64,000 bases of DNA from the human T2T-CHM13v2.0 reference genome, Homo sapiens. The stretch lies in the NCBI RefSeq assembly GCF_009914755.1, contig NC_060948.1. One strand, given 5' to 3'. A model generated the notes under the pieces. That model ran no database searches. It was not told the DNA's origin and saw only the letters and a list, made by a program, of their open reading frames with translations. The translations under genes were made by a program, and so were the position numbers. Below are positions 1-13,600 of the stretch, one piece after another. Each line of letters opens with the position of its first letter. The stretch's first letter is position 1.

Positions 1-844
1 GAATGGAATGGACAGCCACGGAATGGAATGCACTCGAATGCAATGGAGTCGAAACTAATGGACTGGAATAGAATGGACTCGACTGGTACGGACTCCAATG
101 GAATGGAATCGAATGGAAGGGAATCGAACGGAATGGACTCGAAGGGAAAAGACTGCAATGGAAAGGTCTCGAATGGAATGGAAATTAATGGAATGGAACG
201 GAATCGAATGAAATGGAGTCAAAGGAATGGAATCGAATGGCAAGAAATCGAATGCAATGGAATCGCAAGGAATTGATGTGAACGGAACGGAATGGAATGG
301 AATCCAAAGGAATGGAATAGAATGGAATGGAATCGAATGGAAAGGACTCGAATGGAAATCACTCGAACAGAATGCAATTTAATAAAATAGGATCAAATGT
401 AATGGAATGGAATGGAAAGGAATCGAAACGAAAGGAATGGAGACAGATGGAATGGAATGGAACAGAGAGGAATGGTATAGAATGGAATGGAATCATCTGG
501 AATGGAATTGAATGGAATGGAATAATATGAAATGGAATGGAATGGAATGGAATGCCCTTGAATTAAATGGACTGGAATGGAATGGACTCAAACAGAGTGG
601 AATGGAAAGTGTGGATATAGAATGGAATGAACTCCTTTGGAATGGTCTAGTAGACAATGCAATCGACTGGCAGGGAATCAAAAGGAATGTAATCGAATGG
701 ATTGGACTGGAATGCAATGGACTCGAATAGATTGGAAACGGAATGCAAAGGAATGGAATGGAATAGTATGGAATGTTATGGAAAGGAATGGAGTGGAATA
801 GACTAGAGTGGAATGGAATGGACTGGAAAGCAATGGACTGGAAT

Positions 845-859
845 GGAACATTCTTGAAT
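845..859. promoter_or_regulatory. Perfect heat-shock element A (nGAAnnTTCnnGAAn); unit-1 copy, recurs per unit
   Basis: gGAAcaTTCttGAAt in unit 1 and gGAActTTCttGAAt in the others (e.g. 4386); broken in unit 16 (~54250, TTCttGGA). The motif match is direct; binding is inferred. Confidence 0.65.
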
Positions 860-2280
860 GGACTGGAATCAAACGGAATGGAATGCAATGCAATCAAATG
901 GCATGGAATAAAATAGAATGAAAGAGAATCAAATGGAATTGAATCGAATGGAATCGAATGGATTGGAAAGGAATAGAATGGAATGGAATGGAATTGACTC
1001 AAATGGAATGGACTAGAATGGAATGGATTCGAATGGAAGGCAAAGGAATGGAATCTATTGGAATGGACTGTAATGGAATGGAATGGAAGGGATTGGAATG
1101 GACTCGAATGGAATGGACTGCAATAGAAAGGATTCGAATGGAATGAAAAAGAATTGAATGGAATAGAACAGAATGGAATCAAATCGAATGAAATGGAATG
1201 GAATAGAAAGGAATGGAATGAAATGGAATGGAAAGGATTCGAATGGAATGCAATCGAATGGAATGGAATCGAACGGAATGGAATAAAATGGAAGAAAACT
1301 GGCAAGAAATGGAATCGAAATGAATGGAGTGTGGAACGGACTCAAAAGGAATTGAATGTAATAGAATGGAGTGGAGTGGACTCGAATATAATGGACTGGA
1401 ATGGAATGAAATCACATGGAATGGGAACGAATGGAATGGAATGGAAAGGAATGGAATCGAATGGAAAGGAATCGGATGGAAGGGAATGCAATTGAATCAA
1501 CAGGAATGGAAGGGAATAGAATAGACGGTAATGGAATGGACTCGAATAGAATGGACACGAATGCTCAAATTGAATGGACTCGAATGGAATGGAAACGAAA
1601 GGAATGTCATCGAATGGAATTGAATCGATTGGAATGAAATCGCATAGAATGGAGTGGAATCAAATGGAATTGAATCGAAAGGAAAGGAAGCGAATGGACT
1701 TAAATGAAATGGAATGGAATTGAATGGAAAGTAATGCAATGGAATAGAATGGAACGAAATTTCACGGAATGGAATCAAACTGAATGGAATCAAATCAATG
1801 GAATCTAATCAAGTGGAATGGAAAGGAATTGAATGGAGTAGATTGGATTGGATGGGATTGGAATGAAATGTACTGGAAAGGACTCGAATTTCATGAAACG
1901 GAATGGAATGAATTGGAACGGAATGGACTCGAATGGAATGGAATGTCATGGAATGGCATCAAATGGAATGGCATCAAATGGAATGGAATCGAATGCAATG
2001 GAATGCTATGGAATGGAATGGAATGCATTGGAATGGAATGTCCTCTAATGGAATGGATTCGAGTGGAATGGAATCGAATATAATGGAGTCGATTGAAATG
2101 GAATTGAAAGGAATGGGATCGAATAGAATGGAATATACTGGAATGTAATGTAATGAACTTGAATGTAATTGACTGGAATGGAATGTACATGAATGGAATG
2201 TAATCGAATGGAAAGTAATCCAATGGAATAGAATCTAATGCAATAAAATCGACTCAGATAGAGTAGAATGTAATGGAATG

Positions 2281-2360
2281 GAGTGCAGTGCAATGGAATG
2301 GAATGGAATGGAATGCAATGGAATGGAATGGAATGGAATGGAATGGAATGGTGTGGAATG
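2281..2360 (+). repeat. Hypervariable near-pure (GGAAT)n tract nested in each unit; unit-1 copy
   Basis: The distance from GAGTGCAGTG to GATAGTAATG varies from 80 to 115 bp in 5-bp steps across the 18 units. Confidence 0.88.
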
Positions 2361-2568
2361 GATAGTAATGGACTGGAGTGAAATGGACTGGAAATGAATG
2401 GACTCAAATTGAAAGGGCTCGAAAGGAATGGAGTCAAATGGAATGGTCTGGAATGGAATGAACACGAATGTAATGCAATCCAATAGAATGGAATCGAATG
2501 GCATGGAATATAAAGAAATGGAATCGAAGAGAATGGAAACAAATGGAATGGAATTGAATGGAATGGAA

Positions 2569-2722
2569 TTGAATGGAATGGGAACGAATGGAGTGAAATT
2601 GTATGCAGTAGAAGAGAATAGAATGGAATGCAAGCGAAAGGAAAGGAATGGATTGGAATGGAATGGAATTCATTGGAATGGAAGGGAATGTAGTGTAATG
2701 GACAGGCCTGGAATAAAGTGGA
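2569..2722. other. DYZ1 diagnostic landmark: Y-sexing amplicon region with EcoRI (2666-2671) and StuI/HaeIII (2704-2709) sites; repeated once per unit
   Basis: TTGAATGGAATGGGAACGAATGG at 2569-2591 and GGACAGGCCTGGAATAAAGTGGA at 2700-2722 span 154 bp. They match the widely used Y1.2/Y1.1 DYZ1 primers as I recall them; not database-checked. Confidence 0.85.
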
Positions 2723-3079
2723 ATGCTACGGTCTCGAATGGAATAAAAATGTATGGAATGGAATGCAATGAAACGGAATCGAATGTCATAGAATGTAATG
2801 GAATGCAAAAAAATGGAATCCAAAATCATTGACTGGAAAGGCTGGATGTCGAAAGGAATTGACTCCAATGGAATGGAATCGAATGGAATGGAAGTGAATA
2901 GAATCGAACTAAATCGAATGGAATGGAATTGATAGGAACGGAATGGAAAGGAATGCAATGATTTGGCATGGAATGGAAACGAATGGTATCTAATGGAATG
3001 GAATGTAATGTAATGGAATGGAATGTATTAGAATGTAATGAACTTTAATGGAATGTACTCGAATGGATTCGACTGGAAT

Positions 3080-3094
3080 GGAATGTTCTGGAAG
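3080..3094. promoter_or_regulatory. Perfect heat-shock element B; unit-1 copy, recurs per unit
   Basis: gGAAtgTTCtgGAAg; broken in unit 17 (~60047, TTG). The motif match is direct; binding is inferred. Confidence 0.65.
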
Positions 3095-3359
3095 TGAATG
3101 GACTCCAATGGAATGGATTCAAACGGAATGGAATCGTACGGAATGGAATCTAATGGAATGGAATTAAATGGAAATGAATCAAATTGAATAGCACGGAATT
3201 GAATTGAATGGAATGGAATGCAATGGAATCTAATGAAACGGAAAGGAAAGGAATGGAATGGAATGGAATGGGCTGGAATGGAAAGGAATCGAAACGAATG
3301 GAATGGAATCGAACTGAAGAGACTGGAATGGAATGCACTGGAATGGAAGGGAGTGTAAT

Positions 3360-3374
3360 GGAAGGTTCTCGAAA
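3360..3374. promoter_or_regulatory. Perfect heat-shock element C; unit-1 copy, recurs per unit
   Basis: gGAAggTTCtcGAAa; intact in all copies inspected. The motif match is direct; binding is inferred. Confidence 0.65.
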
Positions 3375-3562
3375 AAAATGGAATCGAATGGAATGGAATT
3401 GAATGGAACGGAATAGAGTCGAATGGAATTGAATGGAATGGAATGGACTAGAGTGAAATGGAATCGAACCACAAGGAATGGACAGGAATAGAATGGTCTC
3501 GAATTGAATGGAATCGTATGGAATGGCATCAAACGGAATGGAATGGACAACCACGGAATGGA

Positions 3563-6500
3563 ATGCACTCGAATGCAATGGAGTCGAAACTAATGGACTG
3601 GAATAGAATGGACTCGACTGGTACGGACTCCAATGGAATGGAATCGAATGGAAGGGAATCGAACGGAATGGACTCGAAGGGAAAAGACTGCAATGGAAAG
3701 GTCTCGAATGGAATGGAAATTAATGGAATGGAATGGAATCGAATGAAATGGAGTCAAAAGGAATGGAATCGAATGGCAAGAAATCGAATGTAATGGAATC
3801 GCAAGGAATTGATGTGAACGGAACGGAATGGAATGGAATCCAAAGGAATGGAATAGAATGGAATGGAATCGAATGGAAAGGACTCGAATGGAAATCACTC
3901 GAATAGAATGCAATTTAATAAAATAGGATCAAATGTAATGGAATGGAATGGAAAGGAATCGAAACGAAAGGAATGGAGACAGATGGAATGGAATGGAACA
4001 GAGAGCAATGGTATAGAATGGAATGGAATCATCTGGAATGGAATTGAATGGAATGGAATAATATGAAATGGAATGGAATGGAATGGAATGGAATGCCCTT
4101 GAATTAAATGGACTGGAATGGAATGGACTCGAACAGAGTGGAATGGAAAGTGTTGAGATAGAATGTAATGGACTCCTTCGGAATGGTGTAGTATGCAATG
4201 CAATCGACTGGCAGGGAATCAAAAGGAATGTAATCGAATGGATTGGACTGGAATGCAATGGACTCGAATAGATTGGAAACGGAATGCAAAGGAATGGAAT
4301 GGAATAGTATGGAATGGAATGGAAAGGAATGGAGTGGAATAGACTAGAGTGGAATGGAATGGACTGGAAAGCAATGGACTGGAATGGAACTTTCTTGAAT
4401 GGACTGGAATCAAACGGAATGGAATGCAATGCAATCAAATGGCATGGAATAAAATAGAATGAAAGAGAATCAAATGGAATTGAATCGAATGGAATCGAAT
4501 GGATTGGAAAGGAATAGAATGGAATGGAATGGAATTGACTCAAATGGAATGGACTAGAATGGAATGGATTCGAATGGAAGGCAAAGGAATGGAATCTATT
4601 GGAATGGACTGTAATGGAATGGAATGGAAGGGATTGGAATGGACTCGAATGCAATGGACTGCAATAGAAAGGATTCGAATGGAATGAAAAAGAATTGAAT
4701 GGAATAGAACAGAATGGAATCAAATCGAATGAAATGGAATGGAATAGAAAGGAATGGAATGAAATGGAATGGAAAGGATTCGAATGGAATGCAATCGAAT
4801 GGAATGGAATCGAACGGAATGGAATAAAATGGAAGAAAACTGGCAAGAAATGGAATCGAAATGAATGGAGTGTTATGGAACGGACTCAAAAGGAATTGAA
4901 TGTAATAGAATGGAGTGGAGTGGACTCGAATATAATGGACTGGAATGGAATGAAATCACATGGAATGGGAACGAATGGAATGGAATGGAAAGGAATGGAA
5001 TCGAATGGAAAGGAATCGAACGGAAGGGAATAAAATTGAATCAACAGGAATGGAAGGGAATAGAATAGACGGTAATGGAATGGACTCGAATAGAATGGAC
5101 ACGAATGCTCAAATTGAATGGACTCGAAAGGAATGGAAAGGAAAGGAATGTCATCGAATGGAATTGAATCGATTGGAATGAAATCGCATAGAATGGAGTG
5201 GAATCAAATGGAATTGAATCGAAAGGAAAGGAAGCGAATGGACTGAAATGAAATGGAATGGAATTGAATGGAAATTAATGCAATGGAATAGAATGGAACG
5301 AAATTTCACGGAATGGAATCAAACTGAATGGAATCAAATCAATGGAATCTAATCAAATGGAATGGAAAGGAATTGAATGGAGTAGATTGGATTGGATGGG
5401 ATTGGAATGAAATGTACTGGAAAGGACTCGAATTTCATGAAACGGAATGGAATGAATTGGAACGGAATGGACTCGAATGGAATGGAATGTCATGGAATGG
5501 CATCAAATGGAATGGCATCAAATGGAATGGAATCGAATGCAATGGAATGCTATGGAATGGAATGGAATGCATTGGAATGGAATGTCCTCTAATGGAATGG
5601 ATTCGAGTGGAATGGAATCGAATATAATGGAGTCGAATGAAATGGAATTGAAAGGAATGGGATCGAATAGAATGGAATATACTGGAATGTAATGTAATGA
5701 ACTCGAATGTAATTGACTGGAATGGAATGTACATGAATGGAATGTAATCGAATGGAAAGTAATCCAATGGAATAGAATCTAATGCAATAAAATCGACTCA
5801 AATAGAGTAGAATGTAATGGAATGGAGTGCAGTGCAATGGAATGGAATGGAATGGAATGCAATGGAATAGAATGGAATGGAATGGAATGGGATGGAATGG
5901 TATGGAATGGATAGTAATGGACTGGAGTGAAATGGACTGGAAAGGAATGGACTCAAATTGAAAGGGCTCGAAAGGAATGGAGTCAAATGGAATGGTCTGG
6001 AATGGAATGAACACGAATGTAATGCAATCCAATAGAATGGAATCGAATGGCATGGAATTTAAAGAAATGGAATCGAAGAGAATGGAAACAAATGGAATGG
6101 AATTGAATGGAATGGAATTGAATGGAATGGGAAGGAATGGAGTGAAATTGTATGCAGTAGAAGAGAATAGAATGGAATGCAAGCGAAAGGAAAGGAATGG
6201 ATTGGAATGGAATGGAATTCATTGGAATGGAAGGGAATGTAGTGTAATGGACAGGCCTGGAATAAAGTGGAATGCTACGGTCTCGAATGGAATAAAAATG
6301 TATGGAATGGAATGCAATGAAACGGAATCGAATGTCATAGAATGTAATGGAATGCAAAAAATGGAATCCAAAATCATTGACTGGAAAGGCTGGGTGTCGA
6401 AAGGAATTGACTCCAATGGAATGGAATCGAATGGAATGGAAGTGAATAGAATCGAACTAAATCGAATGGAATGGAATTGATAGGAACGGAATGGAAAAGA

Positions 6501-7110
6501 ATGCAATGATTTGGCATGGAATGGAATCGAATGGCATCGAATGGAATGGAATGGAATGCAATGGAATGGAATGTGTTAGAATGTAATGAACTTTAATGGA
6601 ATGTACTCGAATGGATTCGACTGGAATGGAATGTTCTGGAAGTGAATGGACTCCAATGGAATGGATTCAAAAGGAATGGAATCGTACGGAATGGAATCTA
6701 ATGGAATGGAATTAAATGGAAATGAATCAAATGGAATAGCACGGAATTGAATTGAATGGAATCGAGTGCAATGGAATCTAATGAAACGGAAAGGAAAGGA
6801 ATGGAATGGAATGGAATGGGCTGGAATGGAAAGGAATCGAAATGAATGGAATGGAATCGAACTGAAGAGACTGGAATGGAATGCACTGGAATGGAAGGGA
6901 GTGTAATGGAAGGTTCTCGAAAAAAATGGAATCGAATGGAATGGAATTGAATGGAACGGAATAGAGTCGAATGGAATTGAATGGAATGGAATGGACTAGA
7001 GTGAAATGGAATAGAACCACAAGGAATGGACAGGAATAGAATAGTCTCGAATTGAATGGAATCGTATGGAATGGCATCAAACGGAATGGAATGGATAGCC
7101 ACGGAATGGA
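3563..7110 (+). repeat. DYZ1 unit 2 (3548 bp)
   Basis: Anchors 3563/7111; tract 85; A6 instead of A7 at ~6356 (-1). Confidence 0.92.
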
Positions 7111-10100
7111 ATGCACTCCAATGCAATGGAGTCGAAACTAATGGACTGGAATAGAATGGACTCGACTGGTACGGACTCCAATGGAATGGAATCGAATGGA
7201 AGGAAATCGAATGGAATGGACTCGAAGGGAAAAGACTGCAATGGAATGGTCTCGAATGGAATGGAAATTAATGGAATGGAATGGAATCGAATGAAATGGA
7301 GTCAAAAGGAATGGAATCGAATGGCAAGAAATCGAATGTAATGGAATCGCAAGGAATTGATGTGAAAGGAACAGAATGGAATGGAATCCAAAGGAATGGA
7401 ATAGAATGGAATGGAATCGAATGGAAAGGACTCGAATGGAAATCACTCGAATAGAATGCAATTTAATAAAATAGGATCAAATGTAATGGAATGGAATGGA
7501 AAGGAATCGAAACGAAAGGAATGGAGACAGATGGAATGGAATGGAACAGAGAGCAATGGTATAGAATGGAATGGAATCATCTGGAATGGAATTGAATGGA
7601 ATGGAATAATATGAAATGGAATGGAATGGAATGGAATGGAATGCCCTTGAATTAAATGGACTGGAATGGAATGGACTCGAACAGAGTGGAATGGAAAGTG
7701 TTGAGATAGAATGGAATGGACTCCTTTGGAATGGTGTAGTATGCAATGCAATCGACTGGCAGGGAATCAAAAGGAATGTAATCGAATGGATTGGACTGGA
7801 ATGCAATGGACTCGAATAGATTGGAAACGGAATGCAAAGGAATGGAATGGAATAGTATGGAATGGAATGGAAAGGAATGGAGTGGAATAGACTAGAGTGG
7901 AATGGAATGGACCTGAAAGCAATGGACTGGAATGGAACTTTCTTGAATGGACTGGAATCAAACGGAATGGAATGCAATGCAATCAAATGGCATGGAATAA
8001 AATAGAATGAAAGAGAATCAAATGGAATTGAATCGAATGGAATCGAATGGATTGGAAAGGAATAGAATGGAATGGAATGGAATTGACTCAAATGGAATGG
8101 ACTAGAATGGAATGGATTCGAATGGAAGGCAAAGGAATGGAATCTATTGGAATGGACTGTAATGGAATGGAATGGAAGGGATTGGAATGGACTCGAATGG
8201 AATGGACTGCAATAGAAAGGATTCGAATGGAATGAAAAAGAATTGAATGGAATAGAACAGAATGGAATCAAATCGAATGAAATGGAATGGAATAGAAAGG
8301 AATGGAATGAAATGGAATGGAAAGGATTCGAATGGAATGCAATCGAATGGAATGGAATCGAACGGAATGGAATAAAATGGAAGAAAACTGGCAAGAAATG
8401 GAATCGAAATGAATGGAGTGTTATGGAACGGACTCAAAAGGAATTGAATGTAATAGAATGGAGTGAAGTGGACTCGAATATAATGGACTGGAATGGAATG
8501 AAATCACATGGAATGGGAACGAATGCAATGGAATGGAAAGGAATGGAATCGAATGGAAAGGAATCGAATGGAAGGGAATGAAATTGAATCAACAGGAATG
8601 GAAGGGAATAGAATAGACGGTAATGGAATGGACTCGAATAGAATGGACACGAATGCTCAAATTGAATGGACTCGAAAGGAATGGAAAGGAAAGGAATGTC
8701 ATCGAATGGAATTGAATCGATTGGAATGAAATCGCATAGAATGGAGTGGAATCAAATGGAATTGAATCGAAAGGAAAGGAAGCGAATGGACTGAAATGAA
8801 ATGGAATGGAATTGAATGGAAATTAATGCAATGGAATAGAATGGAACGAAATTTCACGGAATGGAATCAAACTGAATGGAATCAAATCAATGGAATATAA
8901 TCAAATGGAATGGAAAGGAATTGAATGGAGTAGATTGGATTGGATGGGATTGGAATGAAATGTACTGGAAAGGACTCGAATTTCATGAAACGGAATGGAA
9001 TGAATTGGAACGGAATGGACTCGAATGGAATGGAATGTCATGGAATGGCATCAAATGGAATGGCATCAAATGGAATGGAATCGAATGCAATGGAATGCTA
9101 TGGAATGGAATGGAATGCATTGGAATGGAATGTCCTCTAATGGAATGGATTCGAGTGGAATGGAATCGAATATAATGGAGTCTAATGAAATGGAATTGAA
9201 AGGAATGGGATCGAATAGAATGGAATATACTGGAATGTAATGTAATGAACTCGAATGTAATTGACTGGAATGGAATGTACATGAATGGAATGTAATCGAA
9301 TGGAAAGTAATCCAATGGAATAGAATCTAATGCAATAAAATCGACTCAAATAGAGTAGAATGTAATGGAATGGAGTGCAGTGCAATGGAATGGAATGGAA
9401 TGGAATGCAATGGAATAGAATGGAATGGAATGGAATGGGATGGAATGGTATGGAATGGATAGTAATGGACTGGAGTGAAATGGACTGGAAAGGAATGGAC
9501 TCAAATTGAAAGGGCTCGAAAGGAATGGAGTCAAATGGAATGGTCTGGAATGGAATGAACACGAATGTAATGCAATCCAATAGAATGGAATCGAATGGCA
9601 TGGAATTTAAAGAAATGGAATCGAAGAGAATGGAAACAAATGGAATGGAATTGAATGGAATGGAATTGAATGGAATGGGAAGGAATGGAGTGAAATTGTA
9701 TGCAGTAGAAGAGAATAGAATGGAATGCAAGCGAAAGGAAAGGAATGGATTGGAATGGAATGGAATTCATTGGAATGGAAGGGAATGTAGTGTAATGGAC
9801 AGGCCTGGAATAAAGTGGAATGCTACGGTCTCGAATGGAATAAAAATGTATGGAATGGAATGCAATGAAACGGAATCGAATGTCATAGAATGTAATGGAA
9901 TGCAAAAAATGGAATCCAAAATCATTGACTGGAAAGGCTGGGTGTCGAAAGGAATTGACTCCAATGGAATGGAATCGAATGGAATGGAAGTGAATAGAAT
10001 CGAACTAAATCGAATGGAATGGAATTGATAGGAACGGAATGGAAAAGAATGCAATGATTTGGCATGGAATGGAATCGAATGGCATCGAATGGAATGGAAT

Positions 10101-10658
10101 GGAATGCAATGGAATGGAATGTGTTAGAATGTAATGAACTTTAATGGAATGTACTCGAATGGATTCGACTGGAATGGAATGTTCTGGAAGTGAATGGACT
10201 CCAATGGAATGGATTCAAAAGGAATGGAATCGTACGGAATGGAATCTAATGGAATGGAATTAAATGGAAATGAATCAAATGGAATAGCACGGAATTGAAT
10301 TGAATGGAATCGAGTGCAATGGAATCTAATGAAACGGAAAGGAAAGGAATGGAATGGAATGGAATGGGCTGGAATGGAAAGGAATCGAAATGAATGGAAT
10401 GGAATCGAACTGAAGAGACTGGAATGGAATGCACTGGAATGGAAGGGAGTGTAATGGAAGGTTCTCGAAAAAAATGGAATCGAATGGAATGGAATTGAAT
10501 GGAACGGAATAGAGTCGAATGGAATTGAATGGAATGGAATGGACTAGAGTGAAATGGAATAGAACCACAAGGAATGGACAGGAATAGAATAGTCTCGAAT
10601 TGAATGGAATCGTATGGAATGGCATCAAACGGAATGGAATGGATAGCCACGGAATGGA
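7111..10658 (+). repeat. DYZ1 unit 3 (3548 bp)
   Basis: Anchors 7111/10659; tract 85; A6 allele at ~9904 (-1). Confidence 0.92.
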
Positions 10659-13600
10659 ATGCACTCCAATGCAATGGAGTCGAAACTAATGGACTGGAAT
10701 AGAATGGACTCGACTGGTACGGACTCCAATGGAATGGAATCGAATGGAAGGAAATCGAATGGAATGGACTCGAAGGGAAAAGACTGCAATGGAATGGTCT
10801 CGAATGGAATGGAAATTAATGGAATGGAATGGAATCGAATGAAATGGAGTCAAAAGGAATGGAATCGAATGGCAAGAAATCGAATGTAATGGAATCACAA
10901 GGAATTGATGTGAAAGGAACAGAATGGAATGGAATCCAAAGGAATGGAATAGAATGGAATGGAATCGAATGGAAAGGACTCGAATGGAAATCACTCGAAT
11001 AGAATGCAATTTAATAAAATAGGATCAAATGTAATGGAATGGAATGGAAAGGAATCGAAACGAAAGGAATGGAGACAGATGGAATGGAATGGAACAGAGA
11101 GCAATGGTATAGAATGGAATGGAATCATCTGGAATGGAATTGAATGGAATGGAATAATATGAAATGGAATGGAATGGAATGGAATGGAATGCCCTTGAAT
11201 TAAATGGACTGGAATGGAATGGACTCGAACAGAGTGGAATGGAAAGTGTTGAGATAGAATGGAATGGACTCCTTTGGAATGGTGTAGTATGCAATGCAAT
11301 CGACTGGCAGGGAATCAAAAGGAATGTAATCGAATGGATTGGACTGGAATGCAATGGACTCGAATAGATTGGAAACGGAATGCAAAGGAATGGAATGGAA
11401 TAGTATGGAATGGAATGGAAAGGAATGGAGTGGAATAGACTAGAGTGGAATGGAATGGACCTGAAAGCAATGGACTGGAATGGAACTTTCTTGAATGGAC
11501 TGGAATCAAACGGAATGGAATGCAATGCAATCAAATGGCATGGAATAAAATAGAATGAAAGAGAATCAAATGGAATTGAATCGAATGGAATCGAATGGAT
11601 TGGAAAGGAATAGAATGGAATGGAATGGAATTGACTCAAATGGAATGGACTAGAATGGAATGGATTCGAATGGAAGGCAAAGGAATGGAATCTATTGGAA
11701 TGGACTGTAATGGAATGGAATGGAATGGACTCGAATGGAATGGACTGCAATAGAAAGGATTCGAATGGAATGAAAAAGAATTGAATGGAATAGAACAGAA
11801 TGGAATCAAATCGAATGAAATGGAATGGAATAGAAAGGAATGGAATGAAATGGAATGGAAAGGATTCGAATGGAATGCAATCGAATGGAATGGAATCGAA
11901 CGGAATGGAATAAAATGGAAGAAAACTGGCAAGAAATGGAATCGAAATGAATGGAGTGTTATGGAACGGACTCAAAAGGAATTGAATGTAATAGAATGGA
12001 GTGGAGTGGACTCGAATATAATGGACTGGAATGGAATGAAATCACATGGAATGGGAACGAATGCAATGGAATGGAAAGGAATGGAATCGAATGGAAAGGA
12101 ATCGAATGGAAGGGAATGAAATTGAATCAACAGGAATGGAAGGGAATAGAATAGACGGTAATGGAATGGACTCGAATAGAATGGACACGAATGCTCAAAT
12201 TGAATGGACTCGAAAGGAATGGAAAGGAAAGGAATGTCATCGAATGGAATTGAATCGATTGGAATGAAATCGCATAGAATGGAGTGGAATCAAATGGAAT
12301 TGAATCGAAAGGAAAGGAAGCGAATGGACTGAAATGAAATGGAATGGAATTGAATGGAAATTAATGCAATGGAATAGAATGGAACGAAATTTCACGGAAT
12401 GGAATCAAACTGAATGGAATCAAATCAATGGAATATAATCAAATGGAATGGAAAGGAATTGAATGGAGTAGATTGGATTGGATGGGATTGGAATGAAATG
12501 TACTGGAAAGGACTCGAATTTCATGAAACGGAATGGAATGAATTGGAACGGAATGGACTCGAATGGAATGGAATGTCATGGAATGGCATCAAATGGAATG
12601 GCATCAAATGGAATGGAATCGAATGCAATGGAATGCTATGGAATGGAATGGAATGCATTGGAATGGAATGTCCTCTAATGGAATGGATTCGAGTGGAATG
12701 GAATCGAATATAATGGAGTCTAATGAAATGGAATTGAAAGGAATGGGATCGAATAGAATGGAATATACTGGAATGTAATGTAATGAACTCGAATGTAATT
12801 GACTGGAATGGAATGTACATGAATGGAATGTAATCGAATGGAAAGTAATCCAATGGAATAGAATCTAATGCAATAAAATCGACTCAAATAGAGTAGAATG
12901 TAATGGAATGGAGTGCAGTGCAATGGAATGGAATGGAATGGAATGGAATGCAATGGAATGGAATGGAATGGAATGGAATGGGATGGAATGGTATGGAATG
13001 GATAGTAATGGACTGGAGTGAAATGGACTGGAAAGGAATGGACTCAAATTGAAAGGGCTCGAAAGGAATGGAGTCAAATGGAATGGTCTGGAATGGAATG
13101 AACACGAATGTAATGCAATCCAATAGAATGGAATCGAATGGCATGGAATTTAAAGAAATGGAATCGAAGAGAATGGAAACAAATGGAATGGAATTGAATG
13201 GAATGGAATTGAATGGAATGGGAACGAATGGAGTGAAATTGTATGCAGTAGAAGAGAATAGAATGGAATGCAAGCGAAAGGAAAGGAATGGATTGGAATG
13301 GAATGGAATTCATTGGAATGGAAGGGAATGTAGTGTAATGGACAGGCCTGGAATAAAGTGGAATGCTACGGTCTCGAATGGAATAAAAATGTATGGAATG
13401 GAATGCAATGAAACGGAATCGAATGTCATAGAATGTAATGGAATGCAAAAAATGGAATCCAAAGTCATTGACTGGAAAGGCTGGGTGTCGAAAGGAATTG
13501 ACTCCAATGGAATGGAATCGAATGGAATGGAAGTGAATAGAATCGAACTAAATCGAATGGAATGGAATTGATAGGAACGGAATGGAAAGGAATGCAATGA

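Larger units (their letters stand above)
28..3562 (+). repeat. DYZ1 unit 1 (3535 bp; arbitrary anchor ATGCACTCGAATGCAATGGAGTCG)
   Basis: Anchors at 28 and 3563. Length = 3464 core + 80 tract, minus indels of 1 (~221), 5 (~535) and 3 (~1332). Most divergent unit seen. Confidence 0.92.

Noticed and set aside
1801-1811. DUX4-like motif GAATCTAATCA
   Set aside because: It mismatches the TAAY core at the first base, is polymorphic among units (TCTAATCA, TATAATCA, TCAAATCA), and arises easily from the pentamer background.
1755-1897. Further HSE-like words GAAATTTCACGGA and GAATTTCATGAA
   Set aside because: Each has only two correctly spaced inverted units, so neither was counted as a perfect HSE.
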